Of a stretch of DNA of 64,000 nucleotides, positions 1-11,952 are shown in pieces. The stretch lies in contig BCKZ01000014.1 in the NCBI GenBank assembly GCA_001600815.1, positions 124,001-188,000 of the forward strand, read 5' to 3'. Below the pieces are notes generated by a model. The model did no database searches. It was not told where the DNA came from and saw only the letters and a program-made list of their open reading frames with translations. The position numbers and the translations under genes are program-made. The stretch comes from Alloascoidea hylecoeti (Eukaryota). The first letter of the stretch is position 1; every line of letters begins with the position of its first letter.

Positions 1-407
1 ATGATTTACAAGAAATTTTAAAATCAAAACCAAAATTAAAAGATGAATCAATTTCATTATTATCATCAAAATCATTTGAAATAGATAATCCAAATTTACA
101 AATTATTGAAATTACATTAACTGAAAATTTTATAAAAGGTTTTTTTCAAGATTTATTTTTAAAAAATATTCGTAAAATAACACCTGAATATAGACATGAC
201 AAATATTTTATATTACCAAGATCACAAATCCCTTTATCAACTGTTAAAAAATTAAAAATTGAAAATATTTATACTGGTTATATATTTATTGTTGATTTTA
301 ATGGTAAAATTAGATGGGCAAGTTGTGGTGAAGCTAATTTTAATGAAATTACTTCATTATGGAAAACTATTAATGGAGTTTTAGAAGAGAAAAAACAATT
401 GAAATAA
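1..407 (+). CDS. ATP10: Mitochondrial ATP synthase assembly factor Atp10, 3' part (5' truncated by the window)
   Basis: The frame from nt 3 is open to TAA 405-407 and reads ...ENIYTGYIFIVDFNGKIRWASCGEANFNEITSLWK..., the characteristic Atp10 C-terminal motif. Not in the ORF track. Confidence 0.9.
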   Translation, partial: DLQEILKSKPKLKDESISLLSSKSFEIDNPNLQIIEITLTENFIKGFFQDLFLKNIRKITPEYRHDKYFILPRSQIPLSTVKKLKIENIYTGYIFIVDFNGKIRWASCGEANFNEITSLWKTINGVLEEKKQLK

Positions 408-800
408 TCAATCAAGATAAAATAAATTTATAAATAAATAATTGTATATAAAAAAAAAGTTAAATAAAAAAAAAGATCTAACATCTGCACTTCACTTAAT
501 TTAGGCCATGTGTGTTACAAATTATTGGCCGTCCCCATAATTTAGTGTTCGGCTACATTATCACCAGGTTTGTTCCCTTAATATGCATAACTTTAGGTGG
601 CAAATTTCCGCCGAAATCGAGTCATGGAACTGGCCGATAATTTATGATCAGTAGGGCCTAAATTAAGTTAAATGATTGTTTCTTACCACAATCGTTCATG
701 ATCATCCCTCCTATCATCAATTGAATATTCACACCACCACTACAAGTTAATTTAATCATACCACTCAACAATATACCAATATAAACAACACATCTATAAC

Positions 801-1604
801 ATGTTATCAAAATTATTACCACCAATAAATAGAATAATACATCCTAAAATTATTCGTCAATTTTCAACTAATTCTTTTATTTTAAAACAAAAAGATATAA
901 AAGATCAATTTGAAGAAAATTTAAATTTAAATTCAAAATCTATTAAAAAACCAAATTTATTCCCAGGTAATTCAAATTCTAATTTAGACATTAAATCACA
1001 AGTCAAATCACATATTAATGATGATTTAAAAACAATTAAAAAGAAAAATATTCAAATTCCAAAAGAAATAAAAATTTTATATGATTTAAAAGAATCAAAT
1101 AATTCAATTTCTAATTCTTCAGAATCAATTGATTCTAATATTGAATCTAATTCAAAATTAAACATTTTAAAAGAACAAATTCCAACAGAATCAACAGATA
1201 TTAAAGCTATTTTTACAGAAATTAACCAAAATGAAACAACTAATCCATCAAAACCAATTATAAACAACCAACAATCTAAACCAATTAAAGAACCATCAAC
1301 ACCATTACATGATATAATAACATCACCTCCTTCATACTCAGCCCCAAAGAAAGAAATATCCCCTCATGTAAGTAATATATTATCACCAAAAACATCTATA
1401 ACCATAATTAATTAACTAACTGAATAAATATAGGCACTTTTATATATTCATTGGACAAAACCATTAATTAGAGTCCTTGGAATTTCATTTGGTACTTATT
1501 ATTTATTACTTGCATTTTGGCAATTTTTAGAAAATACAGACGATGAAACAATTGAAATTGAAAGATTAAAAAAATTAAAAAATAAATCTATTGTTGAAAA
1601 ATAA
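801..1604 (+). CDS. Mitochondrial inner-membrane protein, Ina17-like (exons 801-1367, 1434-1604)
   Basis: Intron GTAAGT(1368)..CTAAC..TAG(1433), phase 0. The N-terminus resembles a mitochondrial presequence. Exon 2 gives SPHALLYIHWTKPLIRVLGISFGTYYLLLAFWQFLE plus a short coiled coil, resembling the fungal Ina17 TM region. Family assignment is from recall. Confidence 0.6.
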
Positions 1605-2491
1605 TCCTTTTTCTAAAGATATACAATTTTATATATTAAAACTTGGTTTGTTGATAGGTAGATTAAAGCATTGTCAATGTTTTTAAGAAATATAAAATTC
1701 ATTAATTGAAATTTATCTGATTTGATAGGAAGAAAAATCTATAAGATCTTATATATACACATCTATATTTACAACTGTTTCTCATATCTAATATTCACAT
1801 TCATATCCGATAATTTAACAATTAATTAGCAATTACTCCTTAATAACTTTCGGGGTTAATATATAAGATTCTATTAACTACAAGCCAATTAAAATTGTTG
1901 TAGAGAAAGTTCTTTTAGATTTGATAAATGAATATTAATACAATTACAATTATAATTATAAATGTACGGTATGTTCAGATTGAGATTGAAAATGGGTATT
2001 AAATTTAATGTTTTGCATTTTGAGAACTTAAATAAGAGATATTCTTTTCAGATATATAATAAAATTTCAAATACTTTTGGTAATGAAAGATCATTTACAA
2101 TTAGTTATAAAATATAAGAATTTGTTAATTCATTATAATTAATTCATCTTTCATGTCACTCATTATAGGTCCGACCATACGTTTTAAGTTACACCAATAT
2201 TCATTATAGTACGAAAAGTAATCTCTTAATTTCGCCAGGTGTGAATATTACGTATATTTTGACTACAGTATTCATTTCAAATTGGTAAATACAGGATTTA
2301 TTAATTAATATATATTAAATATTGTATGAAAAATGTAAAATTCTCAACAGCAAACAATTTATCTTCAAATTTTTTGTAATTTAAATTTGCAATTTAAATT
2401 TGCAATTCTTCGGATCAGTACTGTAGTTTGAACTCTTCATGATCGGTAGGCTCTAGTGATTATCTGATTCATTCTCATGGTAGTAACCTAA

Positions 2492-2679
2492 TTAACCAAA
2501 TGATGAACATTTTATAGCCTTTATGATTATACCTTCCTGAAATTACTTAATTGAGTTGCTTTTATTTTCAACCCATCACATATCTCATGTGATGATGATT
2601 TATTTGTGTTATGGTGAAATATCAAGACTTATTAAATTCAGGCTATATTGATTAAGTTATTTAAATTTCTGATGGTTAA
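2492..2679 (+). ncRNA. Candidate box C/D snoRNA-like element, copy 1
   Basis: TTAACCA-a-ATGATGA (box C) ... CTGA (box D)-TGGTTAA with a perfect 7-bp terminal stem. A diverged second copy lies at about 49474-49676 (-). Confidence 0.35.
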
Positions 2680-3489
2680 TATTTGAAAGGATTATTTGTT
2701 AATAAAGATATAACACTAATTGAATCATTGAATATACCTAAACTGTTATATTGTTATACTGCTCTACTCATACTAATATTCTATAAATTTTTTCCTTTTA
2801 TTATAATCATGTTAATTTTTGTTATATTTATCTTAGCTTAAAGCTCTTCAATTGAACCGTATTGATTAAGGAATTAACTTCGTAGTAAAATTGGCTTTTG
2901 ACTGGTCGTATAAATAGTGAAAAATTTGTATGATGTCTACATGAGTAACAAAGCCGTTTAAGGGTGCTCCCCCAAAACCGGAACAGCTCACCTTCTCGAA
3001 AGGACACACCAACACCAGAGGACTACATTCTTAAACTTTATAAGGTATTTGCAAGAGGAAGTTCCAATAAAGATGAATCGAAGGAGGCTTTTTCGAAAAC
3101 TGGCTCTTTTAGAGACGAAAAAGACTAAAAAAAACCGCAAAAATATGCAAAGATGTCAATTTATTATCGAGCGATCGACAATTAGTTCAAAAACCTCTAT
3201 TGACTATCCGGATCCCATTCAAGATTATAAGGAGAATTTATTAGGATAAGTATTTTATTTATACAAAATATTTAGTTAATTTATATATTTTTGGTTGGTG
3301 GTTTTGAGCGAGCGGTTGGGACTGGTTGGGGCAGCGCATAACGGAAAGCAAAGATACGAGCAAAATACGCGAGACAAACATTACAAGGTCAAGAAATTAA
3401 TTCTTGTATAAGTAGTGTCTAATATCTCCATATCACAGGGTGGTAAGATTGGTTAAAACAGATTATATTTATCTTTCAATTGCCGTTTT

Positions 3490-4150
3490 GTATTTTCTTT
3501 CTTTCTTTCTTCTTCTTAAACATTCAAATGTTTATTGAAAAATTAATTATAACAACGTTTACGTTCAGCTGAAGCCCTAAATTCTGAAATCAACCAAGAG
3601 AAGAACAAAGCTGCTATCGGTTACATTGATATAGTTTTTTGGATACACAATCTTCTTCATCATTTTCGTAATACTAATGTTAATTATCAAATTTCTTTTT
3701 AATATATTAGTTCTAGAATAGAGCTGTGTAAAAAGATTGATTCGTGAAATCTGGGGCCTAATGGGCACACGGATCAAGAAGCATAATTGCAACAACCTCT
3801 TGATGCTTTGGTAGAGCTTAAAAAAAATTTAAATCCAATGAAAACATAATACTATAGTCTTCAATCCCTTGATACCCCAAGATTGAAAGTAACTAGAAAT
3901 CGAATGGTAAGTATAAATCTGTCATTTTTCTATAATAGTGTTGCTGAGCTCAAATTAAAAAAATTGCTATGTATTTGTGGAAGAATTGATGATCGAATTC
4001 GAAGCTAATATATATTACACTACAATTGTAGCAATTGTCTTAATTTTAAATTATACAATATTAAAATTACTCAGAAGTTTTTTATAATCAAAATTAATTA
4101 TTTATCTACTTCATACATTTATTTTTAGATAAACATCCCCAATAACTTAT
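3490..4150 (+). repeat. Direct repeat copy 1 (decayed small membrane-protein ORF), left of the OYE gene
   Basis: Aligns by eye with 6571-7241, e.g. gccctaaattctgaaatc.accaagagaagaacaa, ggatacacaatcttcttcatcatttt and cgaatggtaagtataaatctg.catttttctataata. Reading frame is broken. Confidence 0.85.
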
Positions 4151-4421
4151 TATTAGCTATGTGTAATTATAAGTTCTTCAATTTCTTAAGTTTCTTAATT
4201 TTTCATGATATAGATATGTACGGTTTAGTTCTTTAACAATATTGTTATATAATTCATATTTTAGTACTTCTGATTGTTTCATACTAACTGACATTTTAAT
4301 TATATAACCTATACTGCTCTACCCATAGCTTGCGATAAAATGTTGTCTCGAAATAATATTTGCTAAAATTGTATTAAAGTGTAACTTATAATTCTAAGTA
4401 ATTATTTAGCGGCCTTTTAAT

Positions 4422-5951
4422 TTATTTCATAGTATATAAGTTAAGTAACTTTTCAGTTGGAGCTTTATCACTCTTACCTTTTCTGCCATAAAATCCCCAT
4501 GAATATTGATTAGCTTGATGAAGTCTAATACCTAACTCATCAGACCAAGTCCAAACCAATCCTGGATTTCTTAAGAAAAATCGACCAACCAATATTAAAT
4601 CAAGTCCATCTTGAAGTAATGATTCCGCCAACTTAGGATCATTAATACTTCCAACTGCCGAAATAAGCAATTTATCCCCAACAACTTCCTTAATCGCTAA
4701 TGAATAAGGTGCTTGATATGCTGCCTTCTTAACAGCAGGAAGTTTCTGATATGGACTATTTCCCAATGCTGATACATCAAGAAGATCGACTTTTCCTTCA
4801 TCTGCCATTCTTAATGCCACTTTCTTAGTATCCTCCAAACTCCAAGATTCTGGAAATCTTTCTTTGTCATACTCTAAACCTTCAGTAGCTGAAATACGGA
4901 AAAATAATGGTGTAGTCTTAGGAATAGCTTCTCTAACACCATCAATAACTTCAAACATAAATCTTGTTCTATTCTCAAATGATCCTCCATATTTATCAGT
5001 TCTTTTGTTTGTTATTGGTGATAAAAACTGACTGGTAAGAAAACCATGAGCACCATGAACCTCAATAACATCAAACCCAATATCTGTTGCTCTCTTAGCT
5101 GCTGAATAGAAATCATTTTCAATTCTCTCAATATCTTCCAATAATAACTCTTTAGGAGTTGGAAATCCTTCTGCATAACTAATTGCTGATGGTGCAACTA
5201 TATCATCTGGCCATCCACCTGCTTCTTTAGTTGCTGTATCTTTGAAACTAAGATATAGTGCAACCCCACTTGCTTTTCTTCCTCCATGTGCCAATTGAAT
5301 ACCAATATATTGACCTTGAGAGTGTACAAAATCAACGATCTTTTTAAATTCTTTTGCTTGTTCATCATTCCAAATCCCAAGATCTTCCGGTGAACATCTT
5401 CCCTCAGGAGAAACTGCAGCAGCTTCAACAATTATAAGTGCAGCACCACGGGTAGCAAGAGAACCATAGTGTTGAAAATGCCAAGGATTTGGAACACCAT
5501 TTTTGGCTGAATATTGGGCCATTGGTGAAACCTATTTATATTCATGTTAAAGCAAAATTTATTTTTATTGTTATTCTTATGATTACTTACCGTAATTCTG
5601 TTATGAAGTGTAACACCACGGATCTTCAATGGCTTGAAGATCTTGGGAATCTCTACACCAGTTGGCTGAGGAATAACTGCGGATCCAGGGGGCCCAACTA
5701 TAAATATTAATGTTAATAGTGACTGATATTTGTGATTGTCATTATAACTATTGAATTTAGTGCGAATTACCTTGTTTTGGAGTGAAGTAAGAAAGCTAAA
5801 TCAAGAAAATTCAATGTCAGAGTTCCTGTATCATTAATTAGTTACTGCTAAATGAATTTGAAATACCAGTATTGTATCATTAGCCATATATATTACTTAC
5901 ACCTTCAACACCTTCGTTAATTATTATTTTTGTGTTTTCTGTAGCTGACAT
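4422..5951 (-). CDS. NADH:flavin oxidoreductase / Old Yellow Enzyme, YqjM-like (exons 5951-5901, 5795-5771, 5697-5591, 5531-4422)
   Basis: Motifs VSPMAQYS, GIQLAHGGRK, EVHGAHGFL and NKRTDKYGGSFENR. Three GT-AG introns restore the N-terminus MSATENTKIIINEGVEG-LSYFTPKQ-VGPPGS...KPLKIRGVTLHNRIT-VSPM. Confidence 0.93.
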
Positions 5952-6570
5952 TGTTAATTTGTATACCTTGAACTAAATATCGATATTTTTATAAATAATC
6001 ATTTTGAAAAAAAGAGGGAATCGTATCACTTTATACAGACAACACTCGAGTATATTCGATTGAGCGAAGTATATTATACGCTTTTACTTCATTCTTTTAA
6101 ATTCTAATCAACTTTCAATTGTATTAGTAATCATAAATCGTATTCTCTTCTTATTAGTAATAGAGACAGGGAAGTAAACTGATCGAACTGATATAAATAA
6201 TGATCATGATATAACTTATATGCGCATATTATATATAGCCCCTTGATCATATGATTTTTTGCTTAATCATGCGGAACATCCTTTTTAACATTAACACAAG
6301 ATCAAACGAAAGAGGCTCATTACCAATTGTGATGGTTTGAAAAAATGTTCCATAAATTACCATACATGAATAGATGCATGCATTATATATCATATACCTT
6401 CCGCATAAAGTACTTTTTCGTAGTTGCATGCATATTGTGCCCAAATTTTAACAACCTAATACTGATTCCGAATTGTATATTTAAAATCGTAATGTACACT
6501 TTTCTTGCAAAACCTTTAATACGAAACCTACCCAGTACCCACCCTAATTGAATGTAAATATAACTTCTTC

Positions 6571-7241
6571 GTATTTTCTTTCTTTTAATAAAGATATTCA
6601 AATGTTTATTGAATAATTAATCATAACAACGTTTACATTGTTAAATTTGGGTCGTTCGGCTGGAGCCCTAAATTCTGAAATCCACCAAGAGAAGAACAAG
6701 GCTGTTATCAGTTACATTGATATCGTTATTGGATACACAATCTTCTTCATCATTTTAGTAATATTATTGTTAATTGCCAAATTTTTTTTTCATATCATGA
6801 TTGGACAATTCAACAATTTAAAAAAAACAATTCGTGAAAACCAGCGTCATATTGGACATTCCCCAAGATTTAAAGTAACTAGAAGTCGAATGGTAAGTAT
6901 AAATCTGCCATTTTTCTATAATAATGTTGCTGAGCTCAATTTAAAAGAATTACGATGTGTGTGGAAGAATTGATAACTGAGGCATATCATCAATCAAGGA
7001 AGTGTAAATGCCATTATGAAGATTGAATGTCTTAACTTATATTCATATACAATTTAACAAGAACAATTAATTGTCTTTAATATTAAATACTTAAAGGTTT
7101 TGTATAATCACAATTAATTAATGATAATCAAACCACATTCAACAATTTTCTTTATTTATTTAGTTATTATTAATTTTTTGACATCTCCAATAATGTATGT
7201 ATCTACTTCATTTATTTTTTAAGAAACATCTCCAATAATTT
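6571..7241 (+). repeat. Direct repeat copy 2 (pseudogene of a small single-TM protein)
   Basis: Homologous to 3490-4150. ATG at 6602 is followed by TAA at codon 5. The 111-aa ORF 6638-6973 has one hydrophobic helix. Confidence 0.85.
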
Positions 7242-7288
7242 ATCTACTTCATTTAAATTTATTTTATATGTATAATCAAAGATATGAT

Positions 7289-8692
7289 TTAAGCAAGTGT
7301 TTTCTTTAATCTTGCTTCAACAGCTTCTAAAAATTCAATAGTTGTAACATAAGATTCTCTATTTGTTTTACCGCAAGCTAATGCTAAATCTTTAGTCATA
7401 ATTCCATCTTCTTGAACAGTATCAATAGTAGCTTTTTCTAAAAGTTTTGCAAAATTAACAACATCAGGAGTTTCATCCAATTTGCCCCTTTGTTCAATAC
7501 CTCTTGTCCAAGCAAAAATAGAAGCAATTGAATTTGTAGAAGTTTCTTTACCTAATTGATGTTGCCTATAATGTCTTGTAACAGTACCATGGGCAGCTTC
7601 ACTTTCAAAAGATTTCCCATCAGGAGTAATTAAAACAGATGTCATTAAACCTAAAGAACCAAAACCTTGAGCAACAATATCTGATTGAACATCACCATCA
7701 TAATTTTTTAAAGCCATTATAAAACCACCTTTTGATTTGATCATTTGTGCAACCATATCATCAATCAATCTATGTTCATAATAAATTCCTTTTGATTCAA
7801 ATTTAGACTTGTATTCATTTTCATATAATTCTTGAAAAATATCTTTGAATCTGCCATCATATTTTTTTAAAATTGTATTTTTTGTTGATAAAAATAAATT
7901 TAAACCTTTAGTTAAAGCTAATTTGAAAGAAGAATTAGCAAAACCTTTAATTGATTCATCAGTATTATACATTGCTAAACCAACACCAGAACTTTTATAA
8001 TCAAAAACATTTAAATGTTGAGGTTTTGAACCATCATTTGGATGATAAACCAATTCTAATTTCCCAGGTCCGGGAATAATAATATCAGTTGCTTTATATT
8101 GATCACCATGAGCATGTCTACCAATAATAATTGGTTTTTCCCAACCCGGAACTAAACGGGGAACTCTTGGAATAACAATTGGTTCTCTAAAAACAGTACC
8201 ACCTAAAATATTTCGAATTGTACCATTTGGACTTAACCACATTTTTTTTAAATTAAATTCTTTAACACGAGCTTCATCAGGAGTAATTGTTGCACATTTT
8301 ATACCAACCCCATAATTTTGTATAGCTTTTGCAGAATCAATTGTAATTTGATCACTTGTTAAATCTCTTGATTGAATACTTAAATCATAATATTTTAAGT
8401 CAATATCAAGAAATGGATTAATTAATTTATCTTTAATGTTTTGCCAAATTATACGAGTCATTTCATCACCATCAAGTTCAACTATTGGAGTTTTAACCTT
8501 GATTTTATCAAGAAGTTTGGAATTTGCGGAGACTTTCCAGATTAGAGTTAGGTGTTAGTCATAGGCAATAAATGAGAAGAAGGAGATGGACTTACAATTC
8601 CTTGCCTGATGGATGAAAACAGGTTTTAAACAATTGTTTGCGACAATTCTTGGAAGAGCCGATTGATACTTGAAGGCAGTTGTAAGAGACAT
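7289..8692 (-). CDS. IDP1: Mitochondrial NADP-dependent isocitrate dehydrogenase (exons 8692-8596, 8532-7289)
   Basis: Motifs [24 protein letters not shown] and [11 protein letters not shown]. An intron GTAAGT..GACTAAC..AAG joins a presequence exon [10 protein letters not shown]...QARN-FSANSK. Confidence 0.96.
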
Positions 8693-8905
8693 TTTGGATA
8701 ATTCTGATGGACGAAGAAACAAGAGAAATGTTTCTTTTTATATGTTTTTGGGAGTCAAATATCCGATAATAAATGAATCATGTGAGTCATGTCAGGTGAT
8801 GTGCATTACTCAGCAATTACCAAGACACTTATAATACGATATACAGGCGGTGGGCGGTAAACCAAAAAAGAAACCAAACCTCCTTCAGCAGTACAAAACA
8901 TCAAA
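8693..8905. promoter_or_regulatory. Divergent IDP1/ZIP3 promoter with a TGAGTCA (Gcn4/AP-1-type) site and a GGCGG-rich URS1-like site
   Basis: TGAGTCA at about 8783. GGCGGTGGGCGGTAA at 8846-8860, about 45 nt upstream of the ZIP3 ATG. Motif match only. Confidence 0.45.
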
Positions 8906-10246
8906 ATGGATCTTTCTCAGCCCTACATTTTCTGTCAGATTTGTTTCCAACAGCCGGATTATGAGGGAAACGGTGGAAATGATGGTTTTTGGTTAACTTC
9001 TTGCGCCCATATTTTATGTTCAAACCATGTTAACGTTGTTAATTCAAATGATATTGCAATTATGAAAATCACCTGTCCAGTTTGTAATGTTGATGAGGTT
9101 TCAGTTATTGGTTTAAATTCAAATGTATTAATTTTTACTTCTATTATTAATATGGATAAATATTAATTTGTTTATTTATAGTTGCCTTTGGAATTGGCTC
9201 CTTATTTCGAACCTTTTATTCAATCTTTGGAATCTTTATTCGCATCAGCAAAAGTATTACACCATTACATTGAATTTGAATAATAACATGAAATATTAAC
9301 AATGATATTAACATTAATATGAATAGTTTCAATACAGCAATCTTATTGATCTTATAAATCATCAAAAGAAAACAATTATGAAATTACATTCAAAAGTAAC
9401 CGATCAAAGAAAAGTAATGAAAACTGTTAGAAGTGAACTTGTTTTAGCAAGGGATTGGAAAAAGTATACCCTTTTATATCAAAATTAAGATTAAAATTTT
9501 GATTTCTAATACCATTTATTAGGAAACTTGATCAATATACCAAAGAAAATGAATTATTAAGATCAAAATTAAAACAAAATTCAAGATCAGATAGTATGAA
9601 TTCAAACTCAAATTCTGATTTATATTATCAAGATATTCAAAATAGACAATTAGTTACTCCATCATTATCAGATCATGAATCTCGATCAAATACCCAACAA
9701 CAAGAAAATAATAATGATTTAAAAAATGGAAATGTTAGTGGAATTGGTAAACAACAATCAAGAAAAGATTTTTTAAATAGTATTCATCAAAATTCAATTC
9801 GAAGAACACCTGCTTCATATATTCCATTAACAACACCATCATCATTTAATTTTCAAAAATCAAATTTAAATTTAAATAATAGATTAAATGATTCATTATT
9901 AGATAATTTTAGTCCAATTGGTATGAATTCTAATTTACAATTAAATAATTCATTTCAATCACCATTATCATTAAAAAACAACAACAACAATAACAATAAT
10001 AATGGTTTAAATCAAAGAAGATATTCATCATCATCATCAAATATCCTACCTCAAAATAATAATTATAAAATATCAAAATTACCAGGTTTTAATTATAAAC
10101 CAAGATTATCAAATGGTAGTAATACAAGTAATAATCGAAATTCAGGTGGTAATTTAACTCCATTATCAGCAGCATCAAGTATTGATAGTCCAGTAATAAT
10201 GGCAAATAATCGTCGAAAATCTTTTGGTTTAAACATTGATGATGGT

Positions 10247-10279
<33 letters not shown>

Positions 10280-10576
10280 TCAAATTTAAATTTAAATAAT
10301 GGAATAATTAGACCAAGAACAATATCACAAAGATCGATTATTAATAATTTAAGATTATCAAGTCGTTCATTAACATCAGAATCAAATATTAATAATCTAA
10401 ACAATAATATTAATGTTAATAATAATAGAAATTTTAGATCAATGTTAAATACCCCAATTATTGATGATAAAAGATCAAGAGGTTTAGGAGGGAATATTAA
10501 TAATCGACATCGAGCTGAATTTAATATACCTGTTTCAGGTGCTTCATCACCTATTTTTAAAAGAGGGAAAAGATAA
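8906..10576 (+). CDS. CST9: Meiotic RING-type E3 ligase Zip3/Cst9 (RNF212 family); exons 8906-9124, 9182-9253, 9327-9463, 9523-10576
   Basis: N-terminal RING CxxC...WLTSCAHILCxxH...CPVC, then LPLELAPYFEP, AKFQY and a coiled coil, then an N/S-rich tail. Three introns give a continuous frame. Confidence 0.85.
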
Positions 10577-10784
10577 ACTTAATTGTTATTATTTAAAGAG
10601 TGGATATCCAATGGTTATGAACCAATTAAAATTGCTATATTTTTATTAAAATGATACTATAATATATGAATATTAATATTTACTATTTCGTATACCCTTT
10701 TCAAATTTAAATGAACTGTAAGTTATAACTTATATATTACTATTTCAATTACAAATCAAAAATATTATATTTATAAACTAAACT

Positions 10785-11080
10785 TCAACCTCTAAGTTTT
10801 CTCTGTTGCCAATAAACTGCAAAAAATGGAATTCCAAATCCAACAGCTAAACAATAAAATTAGTATATTTCATTCTTATAGTTAAATCAATTATCAATAT
10901 TAATATCTTACCCATAAATGTAAAATAAGGAATAGCAAATGGAATCTTTCTATTATGAACTTTAAAAGGTAGGTTTGAATAAACACCTTCTCTAAAAACT
11001 TCATGTGATTTTGAAATTGATGATGTTGAAAATGATCTAAAAGTAGATTTTAAAGATGATTTTGTAATAAGTTTAAGCAT
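10785..11080 (-). CDS. COX8: Cytochrome c oxidase subunit VIIc (exons 11080-10912, 10846-10785)
   Basis: EGVYSNLPFKVHNRKIPFAIPYFTFM-AVGFGIPFFAVYWQ after removing a GTAAG..TAG intron. Confidence 0.95.
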
Positions 11081-11418
11081 CTTGTTTGAATTAAAAACAG
11101 TAAAAGAATGGAGGAAATAAAAAAAACAGAGAAAAAAAAGGAGCTTATTTATTTATTCATTAAGTTATTGGGTATAAATATATAATCAGGCCATTTCATT
11201 TATATAGTTTCTATTATCTTATTGTCCTCCGATTTTTACATGTTACATAATACACGGCTCTGATTGGCTGATTTACCAAAAGTGGCCTTATCCATAAACA
11301 TCTTACCAATACATGACTAACCTTCAGTTATAATGCTGACTCAGCACCACCTTTTTTACAATCATTTTTTTCGTTTTCATACTTTCCGTTTCTCTCAACA
11401 TCACAAGATAAATCAAAA
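11081..11418. promoter_or_regulatory. Bidirectional COX8/COX9 promoter with two CCAAT boxes and a palindromic AP-1-like site
   Basis: TGATTGG at 11261-11267, CCAAT at 11306-11310 and TGCTGACTCAGCA at 11334-11346. Confidence 0.6.
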
Positions 11419-11595
11419 ATGCCTATTGCTCCAATCACCGGTACTCTTAAGAGAAGAATTATTCTCGATCTTTCAACTGCTCTCACATTAGGACTTATTG
11501 GAGGTTATGGATGGTGGTATGGATTCCATAAGCCATATGTTGCAAAGAGAGATGCTTGGTATACTGCTCAAGCAAATAAAGAAGCTGAGGAATAA
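11419..11595 (+). CDS. COX9: Cytochrome c oxidase subunit VIIa (58 aa)
   Basis: MPIAPITGTLKRRIILDLSTALTLGLIGGYGWWYGFHKPYVAKRDAWY..., a typical Cox9 sequence. Below the ORF-track length cutoff. Confidence 0.95.
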   Translation: MPIAPITGTLKRRIILDLSTALTLGLIGGYGWWYGFHKPYVAKRDAWYTAQANKEAEE

Positions 11596-11952
11596 ATGTA
11601 AGATAATCATTTTATGATATTTAAAGAATGAAGGTTTTGATTGGTAATTAACGATATATTTATATGAAAAGATATCTTGGGGATTTAAATCAGAAACTCA
11701 ACTAGACTAAACTCAACTCGTCAATGTTAATTCTTTACTTTTTATAATTAAAACACAAAATTCAAATTAAAGATTCAAACAATCACTCATGAGTTAATAT
11801 ATAAAATATAAAATAATACATTGAATATAAGTATAATGGATAATTATTATTTTAGTATATTCCCAACTTATGATTCGTTGACGTTCGTAGAAAATGTATG
11901 GGTGTAAGGGAAATGTCGTTTGTAACCATTTGATACGTAGTTTGTTAATATA

